Assembly: GCA_039802605.1 (NCBI GenBank)
Contig: JBDRWW010000006.1
Location: forward strand, 44,020-108,019
Direction of reading: 5' to 3'
DNA from: a candidate division WOR-3 bacterium
GTDB taxonomy: Bacteria; Hydrothermota; Hydrothermia; LBFQ01
Length of the DNA stretch: 64,000 nt
In this document: positions 9,857 through 18,629 of the stretch, in pieces
How positions within the stretch are numbered: position 1 is the first letter of the stretch
How the letters are laid out: every line of letters starts with the position of its first letter
Program-made: the position numbers and the translations under genes
Notes under the pieces: model-generated
Database searches by the model: none
What the model saw: only the letters and a program-made list of their open reading frames with translations
What the model was told of the DNA's origin: nothing

Positions 9857-9910
9857 AGGGTGTGGTTTGTTTTGCCGGAAATGGTTAGATTTAAGACTTG
9901 AAGGCAACCG

Positions 9911-9916
9911 TAAAAT
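9911..9916 (+). promoter_or_regulatory. -10 box TAAAAT, 10 nt upstream of ATG 9927
   Basis: TAAAAT-AACCGGTTAA-ATG, with no SD. Confidence 0.35.
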
Positions 9917-9926
9917 AACCGGTTAA

Positions 9927-10787
9927 ATGGACTTAAAAGAGATCCTCAAAGAAATTGAGAACCTTGAAACCGAAAAAAAGGGGTTTCAACTGGACGATTT
10001 GGATTATGGAGAAATCGTAAGCCTTTCAATAAACGACAACATTTATGGCCTTTTAAAGGTAAGGGAACATATAGGGGAGGTTGTGAAAGTTGCGAATATG
10101 TGGGCTAAGGCTTTGGGGGGAGGGGGAAGGGTTGTTATGGTTGGTGCTGGGACATCGGGAAGACTTGCAATAATGGAAGCGGCGGAAATGTTCCCAACAT
10201 TCGGTATAGGCAGGGATAGGGTTTTGGGTTTCATAGCGGGGGGTAAAAACTCCGTATTCGCATCAAAAGAGGGTGCGGAGGATAATATTACCGCCGGTAA
10301 AAGGCTTGTAAAAAGGCTTAAACTATCAAAAAAAGACCTCCTAATAGGTTTATCCGCATCCGGGAGAACCCCATATGTAAAGGGTGCTATTGATATGGCG
10401 AAGGTTTTAAACTGTCCCACCGCTTTAATATCAACAAATCCAAAGGAAAGGGTTTTAATAAAGGCGGATGTAAATATTTGTGTAAATGTTGGGAGCGAGA
10501 TTCTACCGGGTTCAACGAGGATGAAATCCGCAACGGTACAAAAGGTGATATTGAACACGATTTCGCTTTTGGGTGCGGTAATTTTGGGAAGGGTTAAGAG
10601 GGGTAGGATGGTTGATTTGGTTCCAACATCCGGGAAGTTGAGGGCAAGGGCTATAAAAACATTGGTTGAGGAATTTTCATTGGAATACGATGAGGCTGTA
10701 AAACTCCTTGAAAAAACGGGTTGGAATTTGAGGTTAGCCTTTGAAATTATGGAGGGTAAAGATGCAGATAACGGGCGGAAAGTTTAA
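9927..10787 (+). CDS. murQ: N-acetylmuramic acid 6-phosphate etherase
   Basis: 286 aa SIS-domain protein with GAGTSGRLAIMEAAEMFPTFG, SASGRTPY and GSTRMKS. Confidence 0.85.
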   Translation: MDLKEILKEIENLETEKKGFQLDDLDYGEIVSLSINDNIYGLLKVREHIGEVVKVANMWAKALGGGGRVVMVGAGTSGRLAIMEAAEMFPTFGIGRDRVLGFIAGGKNSVFASKEGAEDNITAGKRLVKRLKLSKKDLLIGLSASGRTPYVKGAIDMAKVLNCPTALISTNPKERVLIKADVNICVNVGSEILPGSTRMKSATVQKVILNTISLLGAVILGRVKRGRMVDLVPTSGKLRARAIKTLVEEFSLEYDEAVKLLEKTGWNLRLAFEIMEGKDADNGRKV

Positions 10788-11289
10788 AGGTTTTAAGGTG
10801 AAGGTTTCAAAGGACATAAGGCCCACGAGTGCATTTAATAGGAAAAGGATTTTTGACATTTTGAGGGATGTTAAAGGTTTTAAGGTGTTAGACCTATTTT
10901 GCGGAAGTGGGGCCTTGGGTTTGGAGGCCCTTTCAAGGGGGGCATCGTTTTGCGTTTTCGTTGATATTTCCAATGAAAGCGTTAAGGTGGTTAAAGAGAA
11001 CCTAAAAAAATTGGGTATAACCGACATGGGTTTGGTATTAAGGGAGGACGCATTAAAGTTTTGCAGGAATTGGAAAAATGGCGAATTTGACCTTATATTC
11101 GCCGACCCCCCGTACAGTTGGGATAGGTATGACGAATTGGTTTCCGGTGTATCAAACCTCCTTAAAGACGGTGGGATCTTTGTTTTAGAGCTTTCAAGCA
11201 GGGTTAAACCGCCAGAAAACGAAACCCTTAAAATGTTTAAATTCATTAAAGGTGGTGATAGTGCCTTTGCTTTTTATAGCAAAGCCTAA
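10762..11289 (+). CDS. rsmD: 16S rRNA (guanine966-N2)-methyltransferase
   Basis: Shows MQITGGKFKG...RPT, the LDLFCGSGALGLEALSRGA SAM motif and DPPY. Start moved to the ATG at 10762 within ORF 10741-11289. Confidence 0.85.
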   Translation: MQITGGKFKGFKVKVSKDIRPTSAFNRKRIFDILRDVKGFKVLDLFCGSGALGLEALSRGASFCVFVDISNESVKVVKENLKKLGITDMGLVLREDALKFCRNWKNGEFDLIFADPPYSWDRYDELVSGVSNLLKDGGIFVLELSSRVKPPENETLKMFKFIKGGDSAFAFYSKA

Positions 11290-11507
11290 ACCCTTACCTC
11301 CACGACTTTATTCCGGGATTTTTCCCCCCTCAAAATTTTTATATTATCCTTTGGAATACCAAAGAAATCCGATAAAAGTTCTATTAACCTCTTGTTTGCC
11401 CTCCCATCAATAGGTGGGGAATTTATACCAACTTCAAACCTGTTTTCATCTAACCTTTTAACATATTCCCTCTTTGAATTGGGTTTAACTTTTACCTCAA
11501 TTATCAA
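11286..11507 (-). CDS. DUF167/YggU family protein
   Basis: 73 aa with VKVKPNSKRE...PPIDGRANKRLIELLSDFFGIPK...I.RGEKSRNKVVEV. Confidence 0.8.
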   Translation of the reverse strand: MIIEVKVKPNSKREYVKRLDENRFEVGINSPPIDGRANKRLIELLSDFFGIPKDNIKILRGEKSRNKVVEVRV

Positions 11508-12781
11508 ACCACAACATCAACCAGGGGTTTTGCTTTTAAGGTTAAACCGCTAACATCGGTGATCTTAACCTTTACGAATTCACCGGGTTTAAACAACCCT
11601 TCAACAACTACCGTTAAACCGTTTTTTATCTTTCCGGAAGACTCTTTAACGCTTTTCCTACTTATCCCATCAATTAATACCTCTTCTTCCCTTCCCAGGA
11701 AAACCTTTCTCCTTTCAAGGGCATTTTTATTAACCTCGTCTATAAGCCTTCTTTGTCTCAAAATCTTTGTATCCTCATCCACCTGATCCTTGTAGAAGGC
11801 CGCCGGTGTGTTTGGCCTTGGTGAATAAACGAACATAAAAGCCCCGTCAAACTTAACCTTCCTAACGACATCCAAGGTTTCCTCAAAGTCTTCCTCGCTT
11901 TCACCCGGGAATCCCACAATTATATCCGTTGTTATCGTCCCATAAGGCATCAATTCCCTTATCATATACGCCTGTTCAAGGTATTCCGCTTTGTTATAAC
12001 CCCTATTCATCTTCCTCAAAATCCTATCCGAGCCCGCCTGTAAAGGCAAGTGTATCCAATCCGTTATAATCTCGCTTTCCGCAATGGTCTTTAAAACCTT
12101 ATAAGAAAAGTCCCTCGGGTTTGGGCTCGTAAATCTAACCCTCCTTATATTCTTTACATTATCCTCTATAATCCTTAAAAGGTCGGCAAAATCGTATTTC
12201 CCATCAAAATAACTGTTAACATTCTGCCCAAGTAGGGTTATCTCAACAACCCCTTGCCCGTCCAAGGTTTTAACCTCTTCAACTATTTCCTCCGCAGGCC
12301 TTGATATTTCCCTACCCCTCGTATAAGGCACAACGCAAAATGTGCAAAAGTTATCACATCCGTATTGTATGCTAACATACTCGGAATAACTTAAAGCCTT
12401 CCTTTTTGTCCTGTAATGCAAACCCAAATCATAACAAACGACCTTTTTCTCTTCCAATGAACCTAAAAGTTTTGGGAGTTCGTTGTATCCCCTCGTTCCA
12501 ACCACAATATCCGCCCCAAATTCCAAGAGTTTATCGCCTTCCTGTTGAGCCAAACAACCCAGAACGCCTACAAACTTTCCCCTATTTTTATAATGTCTCA
12601 AAAGGTGTTTTGCCTTTCTGGCCGCCTTTTCCCTAACCGTACATGTGTTTATTAAAACGATATCCGCATTTTGTGGATTTTCTGTATATACAAAACCGCT
12701 TTCCTCCAAAATATCCCTGATTATCTCGCTATCCAACTCGTTCATCTGACAACCAAAAGTTTTAATATAAAACCTCCTCAT
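11504..12781 (-). CDS. miaB: tRNA-2-methylthio-N6-dimethylallyladenosine synthase (radical SAM methylthiotransferase)
   Basis: 425 aa with FYIKTFGCQMNELDSE at the N-terminus, the radical-SAM CDNFCTFC motif and a C-terminal TRAM-like region. Confidence 0.85.
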   Translation of the reverse strand: MRRFYIKTFGCQMNELDSEIIRDILEESGFVYTENPQNADIVLINTCTVREKAARKAKHLLRHYKNRGKFVGVLGCLAQQEGDKLLEFGADIVVGTRGYNELPKLLGSLEEKKVVCYDLGLHYRTKRKALSYSEYVSIQYGCDNFCTFCVVPYTRGREISRPAEEIVEEVKTLDGQGVVEITLLGQNVNSYFDGKYDFADLLRIIEDNVKNIRRVRFTSPNPRDFSYKVLKTIAESEIITDWIHLPLQAGSDRILRKMNRGYNKAEYLEQAYMIRELMPYGTITTDIIVGFPGESEEDFEETLDVVRKVKFDGAFMFVYSPRPNTPAAFYKDQVDEDTKILRQRRLIDEVNKNALERRKVFLGREEEVLIDGISRKSVKESSGKIKNGLTVVVEGLFKPGEFVKVKITDVSGLTLKAKPLVDVVV

Positions 12782-12796
12782 AATTTCAACTGCTTA

Positions 12797-13990
12797 TTAT
12801 AAGGCTGAAATAAACTCTTCGCCCGTTTCCATATCCTTTACCTTGAATTTCCCGGTTTTTACTTCTTCCTCACCCACAAACACCACCCACTTAGCACCTA
12901 CTCTATTAGCCCTCCTCATCTGAGATTTTAAGCTCTTACCCCTTTCAAAAACCATATCCGCCTTTTTACCCATTTCCCTTAATCTCATCAGCGCGTTAAA
13001 GGCCACATCCGTATATTCGTCCGATGTCCTAACTACAAAGTAAATTTCTTCCCTTTCCCCTTGCGGGTTGTATATAAGGCTAATCCTATCAATTCCCGCC
13101 GCCCATCCGAATGCCGGTGTATCTTTACCCCCAAGCCAAGATACGAGTTTATCGTATCTCCCACCGGCCAAAATGGTGTTCTGTGCGGCATCCAAACCCT
13201 CGGCCTTAACTTCAAAAACCAATCCCGTATAGTAATCCAATCCCCTTACGAGCTTAGGATCCCTCTCAACCGGAACCCCGAAATCTTTTAATATTTGAAA
13301 GGTCTTTTCAAAATTATCCCTCTCTTCATCCGGTGTAAAATCCGCAATATCCGGCGGATTGAGTTTTGGGGAGCAGGTTTTACAATCAAGAACCCTTAAA
13401 GGGTTTCTTTCCCTCCTAAATTTACAATCATCGCACAGGAAATCCAAATCTTTAAGGTATTTTTTTAACTCCTCCGAATACCTCAATTTTGTATCCTCGC
13501 CTCCAAGCGTATTAACATAAATTTTAACATCCAAATTTAATTCCCTTAACGGTAGATACGCCGCAAGTATTCCCTCGGCATCCGAATAAGGACCCGAATA
13601 ACCCAAGAACTCCACCCCCAATTGGTAGAATTGCCTATACCTTCCCTTTTGAGGCCTTTCACCCCTAAACATAGGGCCGAAATAAGCGAGTTTAATGGGG
13701 GGGGAGAGGCCGTTTTCCAAAAATGCCCTCACAACTCCGGCAGTTCCCTCAGGCCTCAAAGCCACATCCCTCCCCCCCCTATCCTTAAAGACAAACATCT
13801 GCTTTTGCACTATGTCCGTAAATTCCCCCACGGATCTTACGAACAGTTCCAGAGGCTCAACTATCGGCGTTTCTATCCATATAACATTGAACCTTCCCAA
13901 CCAAACCTTAAAGGTGTTAACAATCCTCTCAAACTTGTAGAGCTCAAAACCCACCAAATCCCTAAAACCCCTAAGGGCTTTTATCTGCAT
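12797..13990 (-). CDS. hisS: histidine--tRNA ligase
   Basis: 397 aa with RGFRDL, ALRPEGTAGVVRA, FRGERPQKGRYRQFYQ and GGGRYD-like GGRYDKLV. An anticodon-binding domain is present. Confidence 0.9.
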   Translation of the reverse strand: MQIKALRGFRDLVGFELYKFERIVNTFKVWLGRFNVIWIETPIVEPLELFVRSVGEFTDIVQKQMFVFKDRGGRDVALRPEGTAGVVRAFLENGLSPPIKLAYFGPMFRGERPQKGRYRQFYQLGVEFLGYSGPYSDAEGILAAYLPLRELNLDVKIYVNTLGGEDTKLRYSEELKKYLKDLDFLCDDCKFRRERNPLRVLDCKTCSPKLNPPDIADFTPDEERDNFEKTFQILKDFGVPVERDPKLVRGLDYYTGLVFEVKAEGLDAAQNTILAGGRYDKLVSWLGGKDTPAFGWAAGIDRISLIYNPQGEREEIYFVVRTSDEYTDVAFNALMRLREMGKKADMVFERGKSLKSQMRRANRVGAKWVVFVGEEEVKTGKFKVKDMETGEEFISAL

Positions 13991-14003
13991 TTGGGATATT
14001 ACC

Positions 14004-14843
14004 CTATCTCCTACCCGTTAGAGCCCTATACCTACGGGTTATTTCTATTTGGCTTCCCATAGATGAGTTGAACACAACGCTATCCTTCGCTTGTGTTAAA
14101 ACAACACCATAATAAGGTTTTATGTAGGTTGTATCGTATGTGTCAAGTGTTGCAAATGTATCGCCCGAAATCGGAAGGCATCCCGTTGGAATGGTGAATA
14201 ATCCATAAAACAATCTTGCATGCATTTTACTCCTAATCCTATAAGCGCTAAAAATTCCGGCGGGTACGGAAACTGACAAGGAATCCATAACATAAGCATG
14301 AGAGGAATCAACCCTGAAACTGTCCAATCTGACTCCCAAAGTGCAGGTTGCCGTAAGAGGATTTTTTATCGTATCTCTTAACCTTTGGGTTTGCGGTAAT
14401 AACGGCATCCAAGATTTACCTATATTTAAAGGCCTTATACCAAAATTATACCTAAGCCTTACAGTATCCGATTCAATAGCGAAACTCGTGTATAGATAGA
14501 CCGTGTCCCCCTTTATATGAAAGGTATCCTTTAAGGTTCTACCGGATATGAAGAAAGTATCAACATGTGGTACCAAGAGTTCCCCTCCGGAAGGTATATA
14601 GTTGTAGAAAATAGTTTGAACGGTATCCAGCGCGGTTCCGCTACTTGAAGATGTGGTACTGTCCCAATATACGAAGGAACTGTCCGGTGTGATACCGAAA
14701 TACACAGCCGTGCTTTCCGGACTTGGTGTGGGGCCACCTCCCCCGCCTCCTCCGCCACCCCCACCGCCTTCTTCGGGAGCCGTGCTCCTTTTACACCCAA
14801 AAGCCACCGCTAAGGCTAAAAGAATTAAAGAAACGCGTTTCAT
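14004..14843 (-). CDS. lipoprotein of unknown function with 12-residue poly-Gly linker
   Basis: Signal plus lipobox MKRVSLILLALAVAFGC, followed by EEGGGGGGGGGGGGPTPSP. The remainder is beta-rich with no recognised family. Confidence 0.7.
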   Translation of the reverse strand: MKRVSLILLALAVAFGCKRSTAPEEGGGGGGGGGGGGPTPSPESTAVYFGITPDSSFVYWDSTTSSSSGTALDTVQTIFYNYIPSGGELLVPHVDTFFISGRTLKDTFHIKGDTVYLYTSFAIESDTVRLRYNFGIRPLNIGKSWMPLLPQTQRLRDTIKNPLTATCTLGVRLDSFRVDSSHAYVMDSLSVSVPAGIFSAYRIRSKMHARLFYGLFTIPTGCLPISGDTFATLDTYDTTYIKPYYGVVLTQAKDSVVFNSSMGSQIEITRRYRALTGRR

Positions 14844-14853
14844 GGTTGAGGGT

Positions 14854-14859
14854 ATTATA
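14854..14859 (-). promoter_or_regulatory. -10 box TATAAT, 10 nt upstream of ATG 14843
   Basis: Minus strand reads TATAAT-ACCCTCAACC-ATG. Confidence 0.45.
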
Positions 14860-14890
14860 AGGGTGAAATTTAACTACCGTAGAATTTTCT

Positions 14891-15490
14891 ATGTGGGTGA
14901 ATGAAAGTTGGGGGTTTTTATTTAAAGGCGAGAATTTTTTGATAAAGGTTAGCGTTGAACCCGTTAAGATGGATATAAATTTGCACCAAATACACGGGGC
15001 CAAGGTTGTGGTTTATAGGGGTCGGGATGGGTATGTGGGAGATGGGATAATAACGGATAAAAAAGGGGTAGTTATAGGCGTTAAAACGGCCGATTGTTAT
15101 CCGATTTTTTTGGTTTCACAAAATGTTGTAGGGGTTCTCCATGCGGGTTGGAGGGGTAGTATAAAGGGTATAGTTCTTGAAGGCTTAAAGGAGATTTATG
15201 AAAATTTTGGGGTAAAACCAAAAGATGTAAAGGCCATATTTGGACCCGGCATATGTGGTAAATGTTATGAGGTTGGCTACGATGTTGCCAGTCTTTTCAA
15301 CGGCTTCGTGATTTTTAAAGATAATGGAAAATACCTTTTAGATCTTTACCTTTACAATAAGCACATATTGGAAAACCTCGGCGTTAAGGTTATAATACCC
15401 CCACCTTCATGCACATACGAAAACAAAAGCCTCTTTTCACATCGCAGGGGGGATAGGGGAAGATTGTACAATACGGTTGTTATGGTATGA
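14891..15490 (+). CDS. pgeF: YfiH/PgeF family (laccase-domain) purine nucleoside phosphorylase-like protein
   Basis: Motifs HQIHG, TADCYPIFL, LHAGWRG, GPGICGKCYEVG and FSHRR. The exact start is uncertain (14891 or a downstream codon). Confidence 0.8.
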   Translation: MWVNESWGFLFKGENFLIKVSVEPVKMDINLHQIHGAKVVVYRGRDGYVGDGIITDKKGVVIGVKTADCYPIFLVSQNVVGVLHAGWRGSIKGIVLEGLKEIYENFGVKPKDVKAIFGPGICGKCYEVGYDVASLFNGFVIFKDNGKYLLDLYLYNKHILENLGVKVIIPPPSCTYENKSLFSHRRGDRGRLYNTVVMV

Positions 15491-16449
15491 AACCGAAATT
15501 CAGAATATTAATGTCCTTGGCCTTGATATTATTTGTAATATTAACGGGGAGTTTGGGATATATGTGGTTGGAAAATATGAGGTTTTTAGATGCTTTATAT
15601 ATGACGGTTATTACCGTTTCCACCGTGGGTTTTAGGGAAGTTAAAGATTTATCCGATATTGGAAAGTTATGGACGATAATACTAATAATTTTCGGTTGGG
15701 GAACGGTGAGCATTTTAATAACAAATGTTGCGGCATATTTTTTAAGCCTTGAAGTTTTTAAAAGGAGGTATGGAATGCCCAAGGGGATTTCGGATCATTA
15801 CATAATTTGCGGCTTTGGTAGGATGGGTAGGATAGTGGCGGAATTCCTGAAAAGCTCCCATTCCCCTTTTATCATCGTGGAAAACGACCCCGAAAGGGTT
15901 GAGCAGGCCATATCCATGGGTTATAAGGTAATTGAGGGGGATGCAACCGAGGAAAGCACGCTGATTAAGGCGTGTATTCATAGGGCAAGGGGGTTGGCAT
16001 CCCTTTTACGGGACGATCCGGATAACCTGTATGTCATCATAAACGCCAAAAACCTAAACCCTAAGATTTATACCGTTGCGAAGGCCACAACCGAAAAAGG
16101 AGCCAAGCTGATGAGAAATGTGGGGACTGATAGGGTAATACTACCCTATGATTGGGCTGGGATAAGAATAGCAAGAGCCCTTATACACCCGGCGGTTTCG
16201 GAGTTCCTTGACCTTTATCATATGCGGGTTGAGGAAATTACCCTTGATGAGGGATCACCATTCGTGGGTAAGAGCTTGAGGGAATTAAACTTAACGAAGT
16301 ACGGTGCATATGTCCTTGCAGTTTTTAGAAATGGAAAACCCATTATACCACCAAACCCACACGAACCTTTAAACAGGGGAGATGTTTTAATAATTCTCGG
16401 TGAGATTGAAAAACTGAAAGATGTTGAAGTTTTAGTACATGGGAAATAA
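15487..16449 (+). CDS. two-TM pore / RCK (TrkA-N plus TrkA-C) potassium-channel-like protein
   Basis: 320 aa with TM1, pore helix, filter-like TVSTVGFRE and TM2. These are followed by the Rossmann motif ICGFGRMGR and a C-terminal TrkA-C-like segment. Confidence 0.8.
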   Translation: MKPKFRILMSLALILFVILTGSLGYMWLENMRFLDALYMTVITVSTVGFREVKDLSDIGKLWTIILIIFGWGTVSILITNVAAYFLSLEVFKRRYGMPKGISDHYIICGFGRMGRIVAEFLKSSHSPFIIVENDPERVEQAISMGYKVIEGDATEESTLIKACIHRARGLASLLRDDPDNLYVIINAKNLNPKIYTVAKATTEKGAKLMRNVGTDRVILPYDWAGIRIARALIHPAVSEFLDLYHMRVEEITLDEGSPFVGKSLRELNLTKYGAYVLAVFRNGKPIIPPNPHEPLNRGDVLIILGEIEKLKDVEVLVHGK

Positions 16450-16568
16450 TTCTAATTTCCTCCGGGCCTTCCCTCTTTTGTTAGCCCCACTCAGTTTAAC
16501 CTCATAGGGTAGAGTTGATGAGTAAAGTTCCGCGGAGGCCGAAGTTTATGACCCGAAGGATGGACATA

Positions 16569-16598
16569 TTCAATACTTCTTTTTTTCGCCCTTATAAT
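16569..16598 (+). promoter_or_regulatory. sigma70-like promoter TTCAAT-18-TATAAT, 10 nt upstream of ATG 16609
   Basis: -35-like TTCAAT at 16569-16574 and TATAAT at 16593-16598. There is no SD before the ATG. Confidence 0.45.
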
Positions 16599-16608
16599 AT
16601 ACGGTAGC

Positions 16609-17106
16609 ATGTTTTGGTTAATTGCGTTTGGCAAAGGCGCCGCTATAACCGTTCCGGTTACCCCGGCTCCGGATAAAAAGCCGGGTGAGTGGAGGACATA
16701 TAACTCTACAATAAGTCCCGCAAGTGAATCGCCGAAAATAGAAGGTATAAGGTGGGGTAGTCCTGTGATAATAAACCTTTCTGGGAAAGGGGAAGATCCA
16801 GCATCCGCGACTTTAACCGGAAGGGGTGAAGACCTCAAAGGTTTTTCAAACATAACCGTATATATCAAGGGCAATGGTAATGTAAAGTTTAACCTGTATT
16901 ACACATACGACGGTAAATATATGATGTTATCAAGGGATATAACCGCCAGTGAAAGTTGGCAGGAGATAGTGTTTAACCTTTCGGAAGGCTTAGAGTTTGG
17001 ACTCGGTATGCCCAACCGTCCCGATGTTATAATGCCTTATAAACTCGTAATTTCTTCCGAGGGCAACGCCGTTATCAACTTTGGTGGTGCATACATAAGG
17101 AGGTAA
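16609..17106 (+). CDS. small secreted beta-sandwich (carbohydrate-binding-module-like) protein
   Basis: 165 aa with a short hydrophobic N-terminus and a beta-strand-rich sequence (VYIKGNGNVKFNLYYTYDGKYMML...WQEIVFNL). It lies in the same reading frame as the following BNR gene, separated by TAA-GAA. The CBM assignment is a guess. Confidence 0.5.
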   Translation: MFWLIAFGKGAAITVPVTPAPDKKPGEWRTYNSTISPASESPKIEGIRWGSPVIINLSGKGEDPASATLTGRGEDLKGFSNITVYIKGNGNVKFNLYYTYDGKYMMLSRDITASESWQEIVFNLSEGLEFGLGMPNRPDVIMPYKLVISSEGNAVINFGGAYIRR

Positions 17107-17109
17107 GAA

Positions 17110-18486
17110 ATGTTAATACTTCTATTAACCGATGCGCCATTTGGCCCAAATGTTAAGGTTTCAAACTGGGATATTAGCACGGGATTGGATCAGCTTGAAG
17201 TATCCCTTGCCAAGAGCTCTTCTTGGATAGCGGCTCATTGGATAGATACGGATTGGTCCGGATGGTTTTCCGCCAACGATTTTGCTATAAGTTCCGATGG
17301 TGGCTCTACATGGAAGTTCGTATGGTATATCAGACCCCCTGACACCGTAAACTGTTGGATAGGGGATCCATCCGTCGCTTCCGATCCCACAAATCCGGAC
17401 AAGTTCTACGCAGTGGGTATGATATATTGCAACCCTTCAGATCCCAAAGGTGAGGTTTATTTCTGTAAAAACACCGGAAGGCCTGATACGATTACCAGTT
17501 GGAGTTGTTCCATACTCCCCCCTAACGACGGCTGGGCATACTTTAAGGATAAACCTTGGATAATATCACTGGGTGGGGGTGTTCTCCTTGTAAATTACAC
17601 TACCGACAAGTACGGAAGTTATGAAATAGATATAGCCCGGAGTACGAATGACGGTTCAACTTGGAATACAATAAGGCTATCTGGGGTACAATCAACGGTT
17701 GCATACTTTTACAGGGATGGTTCAACTGTTTATCTATCCCAAAACAACTTTAACTCTTGGCCTAATATAGCCATAAGGGTTAGGAAATCAACGGATAACG
17801 GAGCTACTTGGACATCCTTAGGGGATGCGGTCAGTTTTAGTCCGGGCTCTTCAACATATTGTCCAAACTTTAACAGACCAGCAAAGATACACAACCATAT
17901 AACCGCCCAAGGCAACAATATAGCCGTTGCCTTTATAAAACCCAACGGTTCTTATTGTAATGTAGGTGTGGCATATTCAACGAATGGGGGTTCTACTTGG
18001 AACAACAAATATGTGGCACAGGCATCAATCGATCAGGTTCTCCCAATGATTGCGAGTTCTTCCCCTTCAAATCTATATGTTATGTGGCAGGAAAAGGTTG
18101 GGAGTCAATGGGCCACAAAGTGGGCGTCTTCAAGCAACTGGGCAACAACCTTCTCCTCGCCGGGTAGGGTATCCGATCATAACTATACATTTAACCAAAA
18201 TCCGGCCGGCCATGACTACAACGGTTTCCTATACGATGCGGGCAATCTCTTTGCCATATGGGCAAACGACTATTACGGAGATGATGCGGGAGCTGTTTAT
18301 TTTACTAGAACCGCATATACATCCTTAGAAGAGGCTTTGGATAATGGGATTGCCGGGGAATTTGATATATATACCGTTGATGGAAGGGTTGTTGCAAGAA
18401 ATGTCAAAAACTTAAAAGAAATGCACCTGCCAAATGGTGTATATTTCTTAAAGACGGGAACGCGGGTTATAAAGGTTGTAAGATAA
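17110..18486 (+). CDS. BNR-repeat (sialidase/exo-alpha-sialidase-like) beta-propeller protein with T9SS-like C-terminal sorting tail
   Basis: Four SxDxGxTW Asp-box repeats (SSDGGSTW, STNDGSTW, STDNGATW, STNGGSTW). The C-terminus FDIYTVDGRVVARNVKNLKEMHLPNGVYFLKTGTRVIKVV resembles Por secretion tails. A strong SD, AAGGAGGT, sits 6 nt upstream. Confidence 0.75.
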   Translation: MLILLLTDAPFGPNVKVSNWDISTGLDQLEVSLAKSSSWIAAHWIDTDWSGWFSANDFAISSDGGSTWKFVWYIRPPDTVNCWIGDPSVASDPTNPDKFYAVGMIYCNPSDPKGEVYFCKNTGRPDTITSWSCSILPPNDGWAYFKDKPWIISLGGGVLLVNYTTDKYGSYEIDIARSTNDGSTWNTIRLSGVQSTVAYFYRDGSTVYLSQNNFNSWPNIAIRVRKSTDNGATWTSLGDAVSFSPGSSTYCPNFNRPAKIHNHITAQGNNIAVAFIKPNGSYCNVGVAYSTNGGSTWNNKYVAQASIDQVLPMIASSSPSNLYVMWQEKVGSQWATKWASSSNWATTFSSPGRVSDHNYTFNQNPAGHDYNGFLYDAGNLFAIWANDYYGDDAGAVYFTRTAYTSLEEALDNGIAGEFDIYTVDGRVVARNVKNLKEMHLPNGVYFLKTGTRVIKVVR

Positions 18487-18490
18487 CCAT

Positions 18491-18512
18491 AAGGGGGGTA
18501 TCCCCCCTTTTT
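18491..18512 (+). terminator. rho-independent terminator after the BNR gene
   Basis: AAGGGGGG-TAT-CCCCCCTT hairpin followed by a T-run, immediately after the stop at 18486. Confidence 0.75.
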
Positions 18513-18540
18513 CCACAAACATAAAAATCAACTATATAAT
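18512..18540 (+). promoter_or_regulatory. sigma70-like promoter TCCACA-17-TATAAT upstream of tRNA-Trp
   Basis: TATAAT at 18535-18540 lies 12 nt before the mature tRNA 5' end. The -35-like TCCACA is at 18512-18517. Confidence 0.5.
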
Positions 18541-18552
18541 ACCCAGTCGTAT

Positions 18553-18626
<74 letters not shown>

Positions 18627-18629
18627 TTT

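Noticed and set aside
10043-11246. Two long minus-strand ORFs (10043-10558 and 10734-11246) opposite murQ and rsmD
   Set aside because: The plus-strand genes have clear family motifs. The minus-strand translations are Ser/Pro/Leu/Phe-rich with no motifs. They are shadow ORFs.
14653-14904. 83-aa plus-strand ORF with a poly-Pro run
   Set aside because: It is the reverse complement of the poly-Gly tract of the lipoprotein gene, which has a signal peptide, a lipobox and a matching promoter.
16442-16461. Possible terminator hairpin GGAAAT-N7-ATTTCC after the K+-channel gene
   Set aside because: It is a six-bp AT-rich stem with no following T-run, too weak to call.
16459-16469. 11-nt copy (CCTCCGGGCCT) of the tRNA-Trp 3' end (18615-18625), possibly an att repeat flanking the 16.5-18.5 kb BNR cassette
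   Set aside because: The match is only 11 nt with mismatches on both sides. The partial copy lies upstream of the intact tRNA, which is the wrong geometry for 3'-end tRNA integration. There is no integrase or any mobile gene between the copies. It is most likely chance.
16491-16874. 127-aa minus-strand ORF spanning the 16.5-kb intergenic region
   Set aside because: It overlaps the plus-strand beta-sandwich ORF, which has a promoter (TTCAAT-18-TATAAT) and sensible composition. The minus-strand translation has no start context or motifs.
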